Below, in pieces: positions 19,576-27,146 of a stretch of DNA of 49,841 bases (within the stretch, counting starts at the first letter, position 1; each line of letters begins with the position of its first letter). Made by a program: the position numbers and the translations under genes. Source of the DNA: Candidatus Omnitrophota bacterium (GTDB lineage: Bacteria; Omnitrophota; Gorgyraeia; DAOVKU01). Below the pieces are notes generated by a model. That model did not search any database and was not told the origin of the DNA. It was given only the letters and a program-made list of their open reading frames with translations. Location: assembly GCA_030631665.1 (NCBI GenBank), contig DAOVKU010000001.1, positions 1 to 49,841 on the forward strand, in the 5' to 3' direction.

Positions 19576-20769
19576 AAATCTTCGTTTAAAAAAGATTAAT
19601 GGTAAGGATGATAGACAAATACTAAATAATAAAAAAGTAGCTGGCTCTGGAATAACCATCAACGGGTCACCTACATTAACTTCCTGCCAGGAAAGCCAGG
19701 GAGTAGCCATATAATAAGATTCAAGCATCTCATATCCAGCGAAGTATCTCGGAAATAGTATTTGTGGGCGGGCGCAAGCTTCTAAGTAGGGTTCATAGAC
19801 ATGCCCCTGTGCACCACTTGCGCCTGAATGAATAAGATCAGCTATCAAAGATTGACCATAAGGAGTGCATGCATTAAATGAGCGGGCACTACTGCTAACA
19901 TAGGTTGTGGTCAAAGCACCATTTACCCAGCTACCCGGAGTAAAAGAATCGTAATAAGGCGGTGAAGGGCTGTTGCTATCATTGCTTCCCCAGGAACAAT
20001 AGCCTAAAATATCAGATTGGTTATTTACAAAAGTTACTGTTTCATCATGATGAGTATTGGCACCTTGATTTGTCAAGATTTCATCAGCTTCATCCATCCA
20101 ATTATTGCCTTTTTCATAGTCCCCGGTTTTGGTAAGATCTTCATCGAGAACGAAAATACCGGAAGCGGAAGGATTTTGAGCTCGGTCAATAAGCGCCTTA
20201 ACATCGTCAGGTATTCCATCACAGTTAGAATCAGTTTCATAGCCAGTCAAGCTATCAACTAAATACAGTTCTGAGCCTGTTTGGTCTCTGAAATCCCTAA
20301 AAGACTTATTCTGTTCATAGTAAGGGTTACTAATAAAACCACCAATATTATATGAATAATTTAATAAAGTTAATTCTGAATTTACTGAAGAACGGTCAAA
20401 AGTATCAGGATTTTCAATATAATCGTTGGAGGTATCTTGTTCTTCAATACGCAGGGGAACGCCTTTAGTGGTAACTATATAATAGATACTATTCGACAAA
20501 CCATGATTTTCAAGATAGGATTTAATAGGATCTTTGATATGAGTATGGTAATAATCTCTGGTGATAGTTTCAGTTGTTAGAGAATTGATGTGGCAGATAT
20601 TAAAATCTGGAATTCCTCTTACAGATTGATAATAGTTGCCGATACTAATAGAATATGGACTATTATCATTAACTACCAAAAGCACTTCATTGCTTAAGAT
20701 CGCTTGGGCGTCTTTGATAAATAAAAAAATGGACAGTACTGATAAAAAAATAAGGCTTTTTTTAGTCAT
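19573..20769 (-). CDS. secreted protein with C-terminal PEP-CTERM sorting signal
   Basis: 398 aa. Has an N-terminal signal peptide (IFLFIKDAQA). The C-terminus VIPEPATFLLFSICLSSLPLIFFKRRF is PEP plus a TM helix plus a basic cluster, the exosortase recognition architecture. Confidence 0.75.
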   Translation of the reverse strand: MTKKSLIFLSVLSIFLFIKDAQAILSNEVLLVVNDNSPYSISIGNYYQSVRGIPDFNICHINSLTTETITRDYYHTHIKDPIKSYLENHGLSNSIYYIVTTKGVPLRIEEQDTSNDYIENPDTFDRSSVNSELTLLNYSYNIGGFISNPYYEQNKSFRDFRDQTGSELYLVDSLTGYETDSNCDGIPDDVKALIDRAQNPSASGIFVLDEDLTKTGDYEKGNNWMDEADEILTNQGANTHHDETVTFVNNQSDILGYCSWGSNDSNSPSPPYYDSFTPGSWVNGALTTTYVSSSARSFNACTPYGQSLIADLIHSGASGAQGHVYEPYLEACARPQILFPRYFAGYEMLESYYMATPWLSWQEVNVGDPLMVIPEPATFLLFSICLSSLPLIFFKRRF

Positions 20770-20783
20770 AGTTCTACAATTAA

Positions 20784-21503
20784 TTACCTGCGTAGCATCG
20801 GCACAAAACGAACCGGAATAACATTCTTAATTCTTATTTGCCCATCAATCTTCTCGATTAATTTCAATTCCTGATAATATTCGCCTACCGGAATAACGAG
20901 CTTTGCCCCTTCCTTCAGTTGTTCCAATAGAGGTTGAGGAACTTCTGTCGGTGCGCAGGTAACTATAATGGCATCATAAGGAGCATATTCCTCCCATCCC
21001 AGAAAACCATCGCCGCATTTTACGCTGATATTAGTATAACCCAATTCTTTAAGCAAGTCTCGCGCATCGCTCGTCAGAGATTCCAAAATTTCAATGGTAT
21101 AAACATGGCTGCAAATTTCCGCTAAAATAGCGGCTTGATAACCGCTTCCTGTGCCAATTTCTAAAATTTTTTCATGGCCATCAAGCTCAAGCAGCTGCGT
21201 CATTAAAGCCACAATATATGGCTGGGAAATAGTTTGCCCGCAACCAATAGGAAGAGGCCTGTCGGTATAAGCTAAAACTCTTAATTGAGGAGGGAGGAAT
21301 TTATGACGTTCGACCTTGCGCATAGCCCTCAACACTCTTTTATCTTTTATGCCCCGGGCTATTAATTGGTTCTCAACCATATCTGCGCGGGCTCTGATGT
21401 ACCCTGCTTCTTTTTGGTTTTCTGCCGCTGTCTTTGAAGCAAGGAAAAGCTGAGTGGTGAGCATTAAACCTGATATCAAAACTCTTAACAAATTCTTTAT
21501 CAT
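20784..21503 (-). CDS. pcm: protein-L-isoaspartate O-methyltransferase, with N-terminal signal/anchor
   Basis: 239 aa. Has the ISQPYIVA motif and SAM motif LEIGTGSGYQAA. The N-terminal hydrophobic leader suggests periplasmic or anchored localisation. Confidence 0.88.
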   Translation of the reverse strand: MIKNLLRVLISGLMLTTQLFLASKTAAENQKEAGYIRARADMVENQLIARGIKDKRVLRAMRKVERHKFLPPQLRVLAYTDRPLPIGCGQTISQPYIVALMTQLLELDGHEKILEIGTGSGYQAAILAEICSHVYTIEILESLTSDARDLLKELGYTNISVKCGDGFLGWEEYAPYDAIIVTCAPTEVPQPLLEQLKEGAKLVIPVGEYYQELKLIEKIDGQIRIKNVIPVRFVPMLRR

Positions 21504-21508
21504 ATTTT

Positions 21509-21575
21509 AATCCAAAAGGATACCTCTGAGGGCGCAAGTAGACCTTCCTAATTCCTTTAAAGGAGGGGTCTTAAG
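21509..21575 (+). repeat. hairpin repeat family 1, copy B (long form), abutting the pcm start
   Basis: Sequence is aatccaaaaggatacctctgagggcgcaagtagaccttcctaattcctttaaaggaggggtcttaag. It has a ~20-nt insert (cctctgagggcgcaagt) between GGATA and GACC. It begins 6 nt from the pcm ATG. Confidence 0.75.
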
Positions 21576-21643
21576 GAAGGGCCTAATTGGTTTAATTCAA
21601 AGCGCACATTAAGAATTTAACTATAGTTTTTTGTAGAAACCAA

Positions 21644-22609
21644 TTAAACAGCCTCTATGGTTGAAGGTGGTTTTTTGGTTATATTATAAGTAACACTAAC
21701 CACGCCCGACACCTCGGTTGTTATTCTCTGTGCTAATTTGTCTAAAATATCATAAGAGAGTCTGGTAGGTGAACCTGTTAGCGCATCTTTGCTTTCCCAG
21801 CACCTTACTTCTATCTGCATTCCAAAATCTCTCTTTCCTTCTCTTATGCCGGTAACTCTATCTTCATGTAAAATGGCAAGATATTGAAATGCCCCTGAAT
21901 TCCATAATTCGTCCTCTACGATTTTAGTAGCTATTCTGATAATCTCTACCCTCTCCGGTGTAACTTCTCCGATAACCCTAGCTGCTAAAGCCGGTCCCGG
22001 GAAAGGCGGTCGGTTATATATCTCCTCCGGCAACCCAAGAGCTTCAGCCACTTCCCTCACCCCTGATTTTCTAAGTTCTATTATGGGCTCTAGAACTTTA
22101 TATCCAAATTGTTCCTGCGTATCAATTCCAATCTGCTCAAGGATATTATGCTGCCTTTTGATACCAGCCACTGTCTCCTCTACATCTGTATAATTTGTGC
22201 CCTGAAGAAGATATTTTGCACCGCTCTCTCTCACCAACTTGCCAAAAATATCTTTATAAAAACTCTGAGTAATGGCTTCTCGTTTCTCTTCAGGATCTGT
22301 CACGCCCTTTAGCGCACTAAAAAATTCTTTCCTGGCATCAACTATCTCTACATGCACACCCAATGCCTTAAACAAAGAAACAATTTTTTGCGCCTCCCTT
22401 TCTCTCATTAAGCCATTTTCTACGAAATATGTCTTTAGCCTGTCGCCTAAGGCCTTATAACCTATCATAGTAACAGCTGCAGAATCAACACCGCCGCTCA
22501 AGGCGTTAACAACAAGGCCGTCTCCAACCACAGAAGAAATTTTCTTAGTTTTTTCTTCTATAAATTTTTCAGCATTTAAATCCTCCAGTTTTATTTCTTT
22601 AATTTTCAT
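21644..22609 (-). CDS. guaA: GMP synthase ATP-pyrophosphatase subunit (subunit B-like, no glutamine amidotransferase domain)
   Basis: Has the PP-loop SGGVDSA and the GMP synthase C-terminal dimerisation domain ending KKPPSTIEAV. The ORF track begins at 22726. The ATG at 22609 (MKIKEIK) follows AAGGGGG and matches the family N-terminus. Confidence 0.8.
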   Translation of the reverse strand: MKIKEIKLEDLNAEKFIEEKTKKISSVVGDGLVVNALSGGVDSAAVTMIGYKALGDRLKTYFVENGLMREREAQKIVSLFKALGVHVEIVDARKEFFSALKGVTDPEEKREAITQSFYKDIFGKLVRESGAKYLLQGTNYTDVEETVAGIKRQHNILEQIGIDTQEQFGYKVLEPIIELRKSGVREVAEALGLPEEIYNRPPFPGPALAARVIGEVTPERVEIIRIATKIVEDELWNSGAFQYLAILHEDRVTGIREGKRDFGMQIEVRCWESKDALTGSPTRLSYDILDKLAQRITTEVSGVVSVTYNITKKPPSTIEAV

Positions 22610-22738
22610 CTTATTCCCCCTTTTCTTTAATTGATTAGAAACGTGTAAAATGAGTTTTTTCGCATGAGATAAACCGGCCTTAGATAAAGCAACGAATACA
22701 TCTGGCCGCCTCTGGTAAAAAATCACAAACTTTTAGGA

Positions 22739-23515
22739 TTAAATCCTCAAGTATTTTTTTGCAAGGCTTATTACAAAAATGGGCATAATAAATATGCCAC
22801 AAAAACACTCAAATGAAGCTATCAATCTGCTAAATCCTATAGGTGCAAGATCGCCGTAACCAACGGTTGTAAAGGTTACCACGCTAAAATAAAGAGCCTC
22901 GAAGAAGTTTGGTCTGAAAATCAGGTCTCCTTTCAAAAGATATGCCAGGCTATAAAAAATAGACGATAGAAAAACCACGATGACGCCGGAGCAAAATGCC
23001 CTGAAAGGCATCTCTCCATAACCCCAAATCAAAAAAGAAAAGGTTAATAAAAACCACTGAAAAAAACTCTTTATGGCTCCCATTGCTCCCTTTTTCTGTT
23101 TTGTTGCTATTATAGGATGTATTCTCCCGGGATTAAAAAAGTGATAAGTCAAAAATTTCCTATAGCACTCCTTTGAGCGATAAGTGCATTTTGAAAGATT
23201 ATGAAATTCTCCATCCCTTTCATAATTTATGGCTGCATATCTGTAAAGTAAAAAAGCATATTCTAAGTCTCCGGATGCCTCTGCCTGTCCAGCTGCTCTT
23301 TCATAAGATATAGCCGCTTTGTAAAACCTTTTTTCTCCGCATTGCATCCCCCAGCAACTAGCGGCTGAGGCAAAACATAAGGCAGCCTGTTTGTGGTTTC
23401 CCTCACGACTATAAAGATTGGCGGTTCTGTCAAAGGACTGGAAGGCCTGGGAATATTGTTTCTCGGAAAGAAATAAATTAGCCTGCCTTTCTAAAATTCT
23501 AGGATTCGTATCCAT
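22739..23515 (-). CDS. 2TM potassium-channel-like protein with N-terminal TPR/SNAP-like cytoplasmic domain
   Basis: 258 aa. Has the selectivity filter TTVGYGD between two TM helices. The N-terminal ~130 aa is helical-repeat-like (YSQAFQSFDRTANLY..., YERAAGQAE...). Confidence 0.75.
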   Translation of the reverse strand: MDTNPRILERQANLFLSEKQYSQAFQSFDRTANLYSREGNHKQAALCFASAASCWGMQCGEKRFYKAAISYERAAGQAEASGDLEYAFLLYRYAAINYERDGEFHNLSKCTYRSKECYRKFLTYHFFNPGRIHPIIATKQKKGAMGAIKSFFQWFLLTFSFLIWGYGEMPFRAFCSGVIVVFLSSIFYSLAYLLKGDLIFRPNFFEALYFSVVTFTTVGYGDLAPIGFSRLIASFECFCGIFIMPIFVISLAKKYLRI

Positions 23516-23518
23516 TTT

Positions 23519-24577
23519 TCACCACCTTTTTCCAACACCAATAAAAACAGCGGATTCTCGCTTTTTCTTAAAAAGGTTTAAGAATGCTTCGCCACTGCCT
23601 TTTAATATTTTACGCGATAATTTTAAATTCACACCAATGTCTTTGTTGTCTATATCGTTTTTAAGTTTAAATGATATGGAATCTCTTTTTGTCAATCTGG
23701 CCTCTGCGCCAAAGCTCATTGAATAAACTTTCCTACCTCTATATTTTACCTCAAATGTCAAGCCCTTGTTCCTCTTAATTTTCCAAGCGCCAAAAAGAAT
23801 AATGGTCTTTTTAATAGGTTTTACCTTTTTAGACAATCCAAGGCCTATGGTATATTTTATATATTTGTCTTTAAATATACCAAAACTGCTTCTGAAATTA
23901 AAGACAGAATTGGTATTTTTATCCACAGGGATAGACCTTCCTAATTCCCTTGAAGGAGGGGTCTTATCCAATACATATGAAATCCTGGCTTTTTCCTCTA
24001 TGTCCCAATGTCCCTTAAAAATAAGGGTGTGGATTTTTTTTAATTTTTTAATAAGCTGAGCTTTTTCATACCGGTATATAATCTGCTGCTTCTTATCTAC
24101 ATCCCATTGCCCGCTAAAAATCAAGATATCATATCTGGAACGTTCTCTTTTCGCTTTAAAAGTAAGCCGGTTAAGCTTATCAGCCTGCCAGGCGCCTGCG
24201 AGTTTAAGAATATACGTTGACTTCTCACTTGTCCCGGTCTTGGTGGTAAGAGAAAATAAAAGAGAATTTTTATTTACATCTATTATATTGCCCTTTAATG
24301 CCAACTTATCACTAGTTACCCGCTTCTTCCATTTATCGAGACTAAATATTAAATCGTGATTTTTAGAAAGAGACCATTTGCCTTTAAATTTAACCTGGCG
24401 AGGAATGTTTTTGTCTTTTTGGGCAGGAGCTTTTATGTGATAAATTAAGGAATTGTTTTTGCCGATTTTAAACTTTCCGTCATAAACTTTTCTAAAACGC
24501 CTGAGGCCTGTTTTTTTTCCTGTCCTTCCGGAAATTAGTCTGTTGTGGGGATCTACTTCGTATTTAATTTTTGCCAT
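23519..24577 (-). CDS. lysine-rich beta-hairpin repeat protein, unknown function
   Basis: 352 aa, very basic, no signal peptide. It has about 9 repeats of the pattern h-x-h-x-G-x-W-x-h-x(3)-N-x-L-x-F (for example VKFKGKWSLSKNHDLIFSL, LIFSGQWDVDKKQQIIYRY). Its stop lies 3 nt before the channel gene start. It contains an in-frame copy of the hairpin repeat at 23921-23969. Confidence 0.6.
   Translation of the reverse strand: MAKIKYEVDPHNRLISGRTGKKTGLRRFRKVYDGKFKIGKNNSLIYHIKAPAQKDKNIPRQVKFKGKWSLSKNHDLIFSLDKWKKRVTSDKLALKGNIIDVNKNSLLFSLTTKTGTSEKSTYILKLAGAWQADKLNRLTFKAKRERSRYDILIFSGQWDVDKKQQIIYRYEKAQLIKKLKKIHTLIFKGHWDIEEKARISYVLDKTPPSRELGRSIPVDKNTNSVFNFRSSFGIFKDKYIKYTIGLGLSKKVKPIKKTIILFGAWKIKRNKGLTFEVKYRGRKVYSMSFGAEARLTKRDSISFKLKNDIDNKDIGVNLKLSRKILKGSGEAFLNLFKKKRESAVFIGVGKRW
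23921..23969 (+). repeat. hairpin repeat family 1, copy C, inside the 352-aa CDS
   Basis: Sequence is atccacagggatagaccttcctaattcccttgaaggaggggtcttatcc. On the minus strand it is translated in frame as LDKTPPSRELGRSIPVD. Confidence 0.85.
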
Positions 24578-24648
24578 CGGTATTTATAAATAACTATTGC
24601 AGGGGGTTTTTTGAAAAACAAATTTTTATCTCGCCGGCCAAACTACTT

Positions 24649-24828
24649 CTACTCTGCCTCCCACGGCGCTTCTTCTTGAATAGGCATAGATGACGGGGTA
24701 AGTTGAGTCTCCTCAAACTTAGCCTTATAGCCGCTTCCCTCCTCTCGACCTTTACCATCAGTAGCACAACCCAATACAAAAAACATACCCATTACAAGGA
24801 CCGCATATAAAGCTATAAGTTTTTTCAC
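24649..24828 (-). CDS. small lipoprotein (59 aa), absent from the ORF track
   Basis: GTG start is the complement of 24826-24828, preceded by GGAGGTAGGAGG. Translation is VKKLIALYAVLVMGMFFVLGCATDGKGREEGSGYKAKFEETQLTPSSMPIQEEAPWEAE. This gives a signal peptide plus lipobox VLGC. TAG stop is the complement of 24649-24651. Confidence 0.6.
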   Translation of the reverse strand: MKKLIALYAVLVMGMFFVLGCATDGKGREEGSGYKAKFEETQLTPSSMPIQEEAPWEAE

Positions 24829-24922
24829 GCCTCCTACCTCCCGTTTTGTAATTTTTTCATATATCCATTTTCTGAAAAAATTTATTCTTGAAAAAATATC
24901 TTTTATATTATATCATAAAAAT

Positions 24923-26326
24923 ATGGGAACAATGATTAAATTTTGTGGCGGCGCTGGAACAGTAACCGGCTCTATGCATCTCTTAACTGCCGATAAAAAT
25001 AAAGTTCTTATAGATGTCGGCCTCTTTCAGGGCCGGCGTGATGAATTCTACGCCGTAAACTCTCAATTTCCTTTCAATCCATCGGCTCTCAACTGTTGTG
25101 TTATTTCTCATGCACACATTGACCATTGCGGGAATTTCCCCACCTTAGTCAAAAAGGGCTTTAAAACTAAAGCATATCTTACGCCATCCACGAAGGACTT
25201 ATGTAATTTTATGCTGCTTGACTCCGGCCACATCCAGGAAGAAGACACAAAATACATAAATAAAATAAATAAAAGAAGAGGGCTCCCGCCCCGGCAACCG
25301 CTCTATACCAAAAGCGACGCCATCAAATCCCTGAAAAAACTAAGGGCGCTGGATTATCACAAAAAATTTGCGATTACTCAAAACATAAAGCTCACCTTTT
25401 TTGATGCAGGCCATATACTTGGTTCTTCCATTCCAACATTCGATATTTACACAAACAAAGGAACTATAAGACTTGCTTATGCCGTTGATCTCGGGCGGCC
25501 CGACCTGCCCTACTTAAGAGACCCGGAAGTACCCAAAGACATAAACTATCTCATCATTGAAAGCACATACGGAGGAAGGGAACGCCCTTCCATAAAAACT
25601 GTCGAAGAAAAACTCTCAAAAGTTATAAATAAAACCGTAAAGCGTGGCGGTAAAATTATCATACCATCCTTTGCGTTAGAAAGAGCTCAGGAAATTCTGT
25701 ATTTTCTTGTGCGGTTACTGCGAGAAAAAAAAATAGAAAATATTCCAATATACGTAGATAGTCCGTTGGCTGTAAACATCACAGATGTTTTCAAAAACAA
25801 CTGGGAATATTTTAATGAGGAAGCACAGCAACTATTTAAAAAAGACTTAAGTCCCCTTGCTAATAAAAATATAACCTATATACAAAATGTCGACCAATCC
25901 AAAGAATTAAATAATAAAACAGGCCCCATGATTATTATATCGGCCTCAGGCACATGCGAAAACGGGAGAATCCTCCATCACCTCAAAAACAATATAGAAA
26001 ATCCGCGTAATACTATCACCATTGTAGGATATATGCCTCGCAATACCCTGGGGAGAAAAATCTTTGAAAAGCAACCTGCTGTAAATATCTTTGGAAGGCC
26101 TTATCAATTAAGAGCAGAGGTAGCGGTTATAGATGCCTTTAGCGCGCACGCGGATAAAAACGACCTTCTTCGCTATATTAAAGAATGTGGCAGGAGCCTG
26201 CGTCAAGTCTTTATCGTTCATGGCGATCCCGAACAATCCGAAAAATTAAGAAAAAGTATAACATCTCTTAATATCAAAACTTCCATTCCCAAAAAGAATG
26301 AAACGGCTCATCTCTCCCCAGTCTGA
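24923..26326 (+). CDS. MBL-fold beta-CASP family hydrolase (RNA-metabolising metallo-beta-lactamase type)
   Basis: 467 aa. Has the HAHIDHCG motif, ESTYG, and the C-terminal FSAHAD and VHGD motifs typical of beta-CASP nucleases. Confidence 0.85.
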   Translation: MGTMIKFCGGAGTVTGSMHLLTADKNKVLIDVGLFQGRRDEFYAVNSQFPFNPSALNCCVISHAHIDHCGNFPTLVKKGFKTKAYLTPSTKDLCNFMLLDSGHIQEEDTKYINKINKRRGLPPRQPLYTKSDAIKSLKKLRALDYHKKFAITQNIKLTFFDAGHILGSSIPTFDIYTNKGTIRLAYAVDLGRPDLPYLRDPEVPKDINYLIIESTYGGRERPSIKTVEEKLSKVINKTVKRGGKIIIPSFALERAQEILYFLVRLLREKKIENIPIYVDSPLAVNITDVFKNNWEYFNEEAQQLFKKDLSPLANKNITYIQNVDQSKELNNKTGPMIIISASGTCENGRILHHLKNNIENPRNTITIVGYMPRNTLGRKIFEKQPAVNIFGRPYQLRAEVAVIDAFSAHADKNDLLRYIKECGRSLRQVFIVHGDPEQSEKLRKSITSLNIKTSIPKKNETAHLSPV

Positions 26327-26357
26327 GATTAGTAGAAAAAGATTGTCTTGATATTTA

Positions 26358-26996
26358 TTACTCTTCTCTGCCATAAGTATAATTTACAATCTTGCTCTTA
26401 CTCAAATTTAAATTAGGTACAATAACAATCGCTTTATCTTCAGATAAAAATCTAGATCTTCTTACCCCTATATCCAAAACTTCCACCACTTCTCCGGTAG
26501 GAAGTTTAATCTTATCCCCTATCTTAAAAGGGGCATCAACCATAATCAGAAATCCTGCAATAATATTGGCGATGGTATCCTGGGCTGCCAGGGCAACAGC
26601 CAAAGAACTAATGCCTAAAGTTGCAATTAAGGCGTTTATGTTTACTCCATAGAGAGGTAAAATCACAAGAAAAGCAATTGCCCAGATAACTACTTTAAGG
26701 GTTCTGCGCAAAATAGGAATTAATCTATCGTCAAGCTGGCTCTTAGTTTTAACGGCGATACTTTCTTTATACCACTCCAGTATGGCACCAACTACTCTTT
26801 GAATAATAAAACTTACGCATATAATAAAAATAGTGGATATATATTTTTTTAACTCCTGATGAATCTCCTGTGGAATGCTTGAGGCTATTTTGACATTGTA
26901 AAATACGTAACTCACGATGAATAACAAAAGCAAAAACCCCGGCCACAAAGACTTTTTTATTATCTGGCAACCAATCTTTTTAGAAATCTCTGTCAT
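26358..26996 (-). CDS. short MscS-family mechanosensitive channel-like protein
   Basis: 212 aa. It has three TM helices, then the MscS pore and beta-domain signature (AAQDTIANIIAGFLIMVDAPFKIGDKI). The C-terminal domain is truncated relative to canonical MscS. SD is GGGAGGG. Confidence 0.7.
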   Translation of the reverse strand: MTEISKKIGCQIIKKSLWPGFLLLLFIVSYVFYNVKIASSIPQEIHQELKKYISTIFIICVSFIIQRVVGAILEWYKESIAVKTKSQLDDRLIPILRRTLKVVIWAIAFLVILPLYGVNINALIATLGISSLAVALAAQDTIANIIAGFLIMVDAPFKIGDKIKLPTGEVVEVLDIGVRRSRFLSEDKAIVIVPNLNLSKSKIVNYTYGREE

Positions 26997-27146
26997 TTTA
27001 CCCTCCCGATATAACGTTCACCATTGTGTGGTGGTTTTGCCTCGCATACTCGCATATCTACGCGAGACTTTTTAAAGCTGTGCGAGGCTTAACCTTGCAC
27101 AGCTTGTTGCATTTTTTTCCCTAAATCCTAATTCTTGAATTCATTT

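Noticed and set aside
22610-22726. N-terminal 39-aa extension of the GMP synthase subunit in the ORF track
   Set aside because: The extension has no family similarity. The internal ATG at 22609 has an SD-like AAGGGGG and matches the usual N-terminus.
24594-24779. 61-aa minus-strand ORF (MYWVVLLMVKVERRE...)
   Set aside because: It overlaps, in another frame, a 59-aa ORF that has a strong SD, a signal peptide and a lipobox. This frame has none of these.
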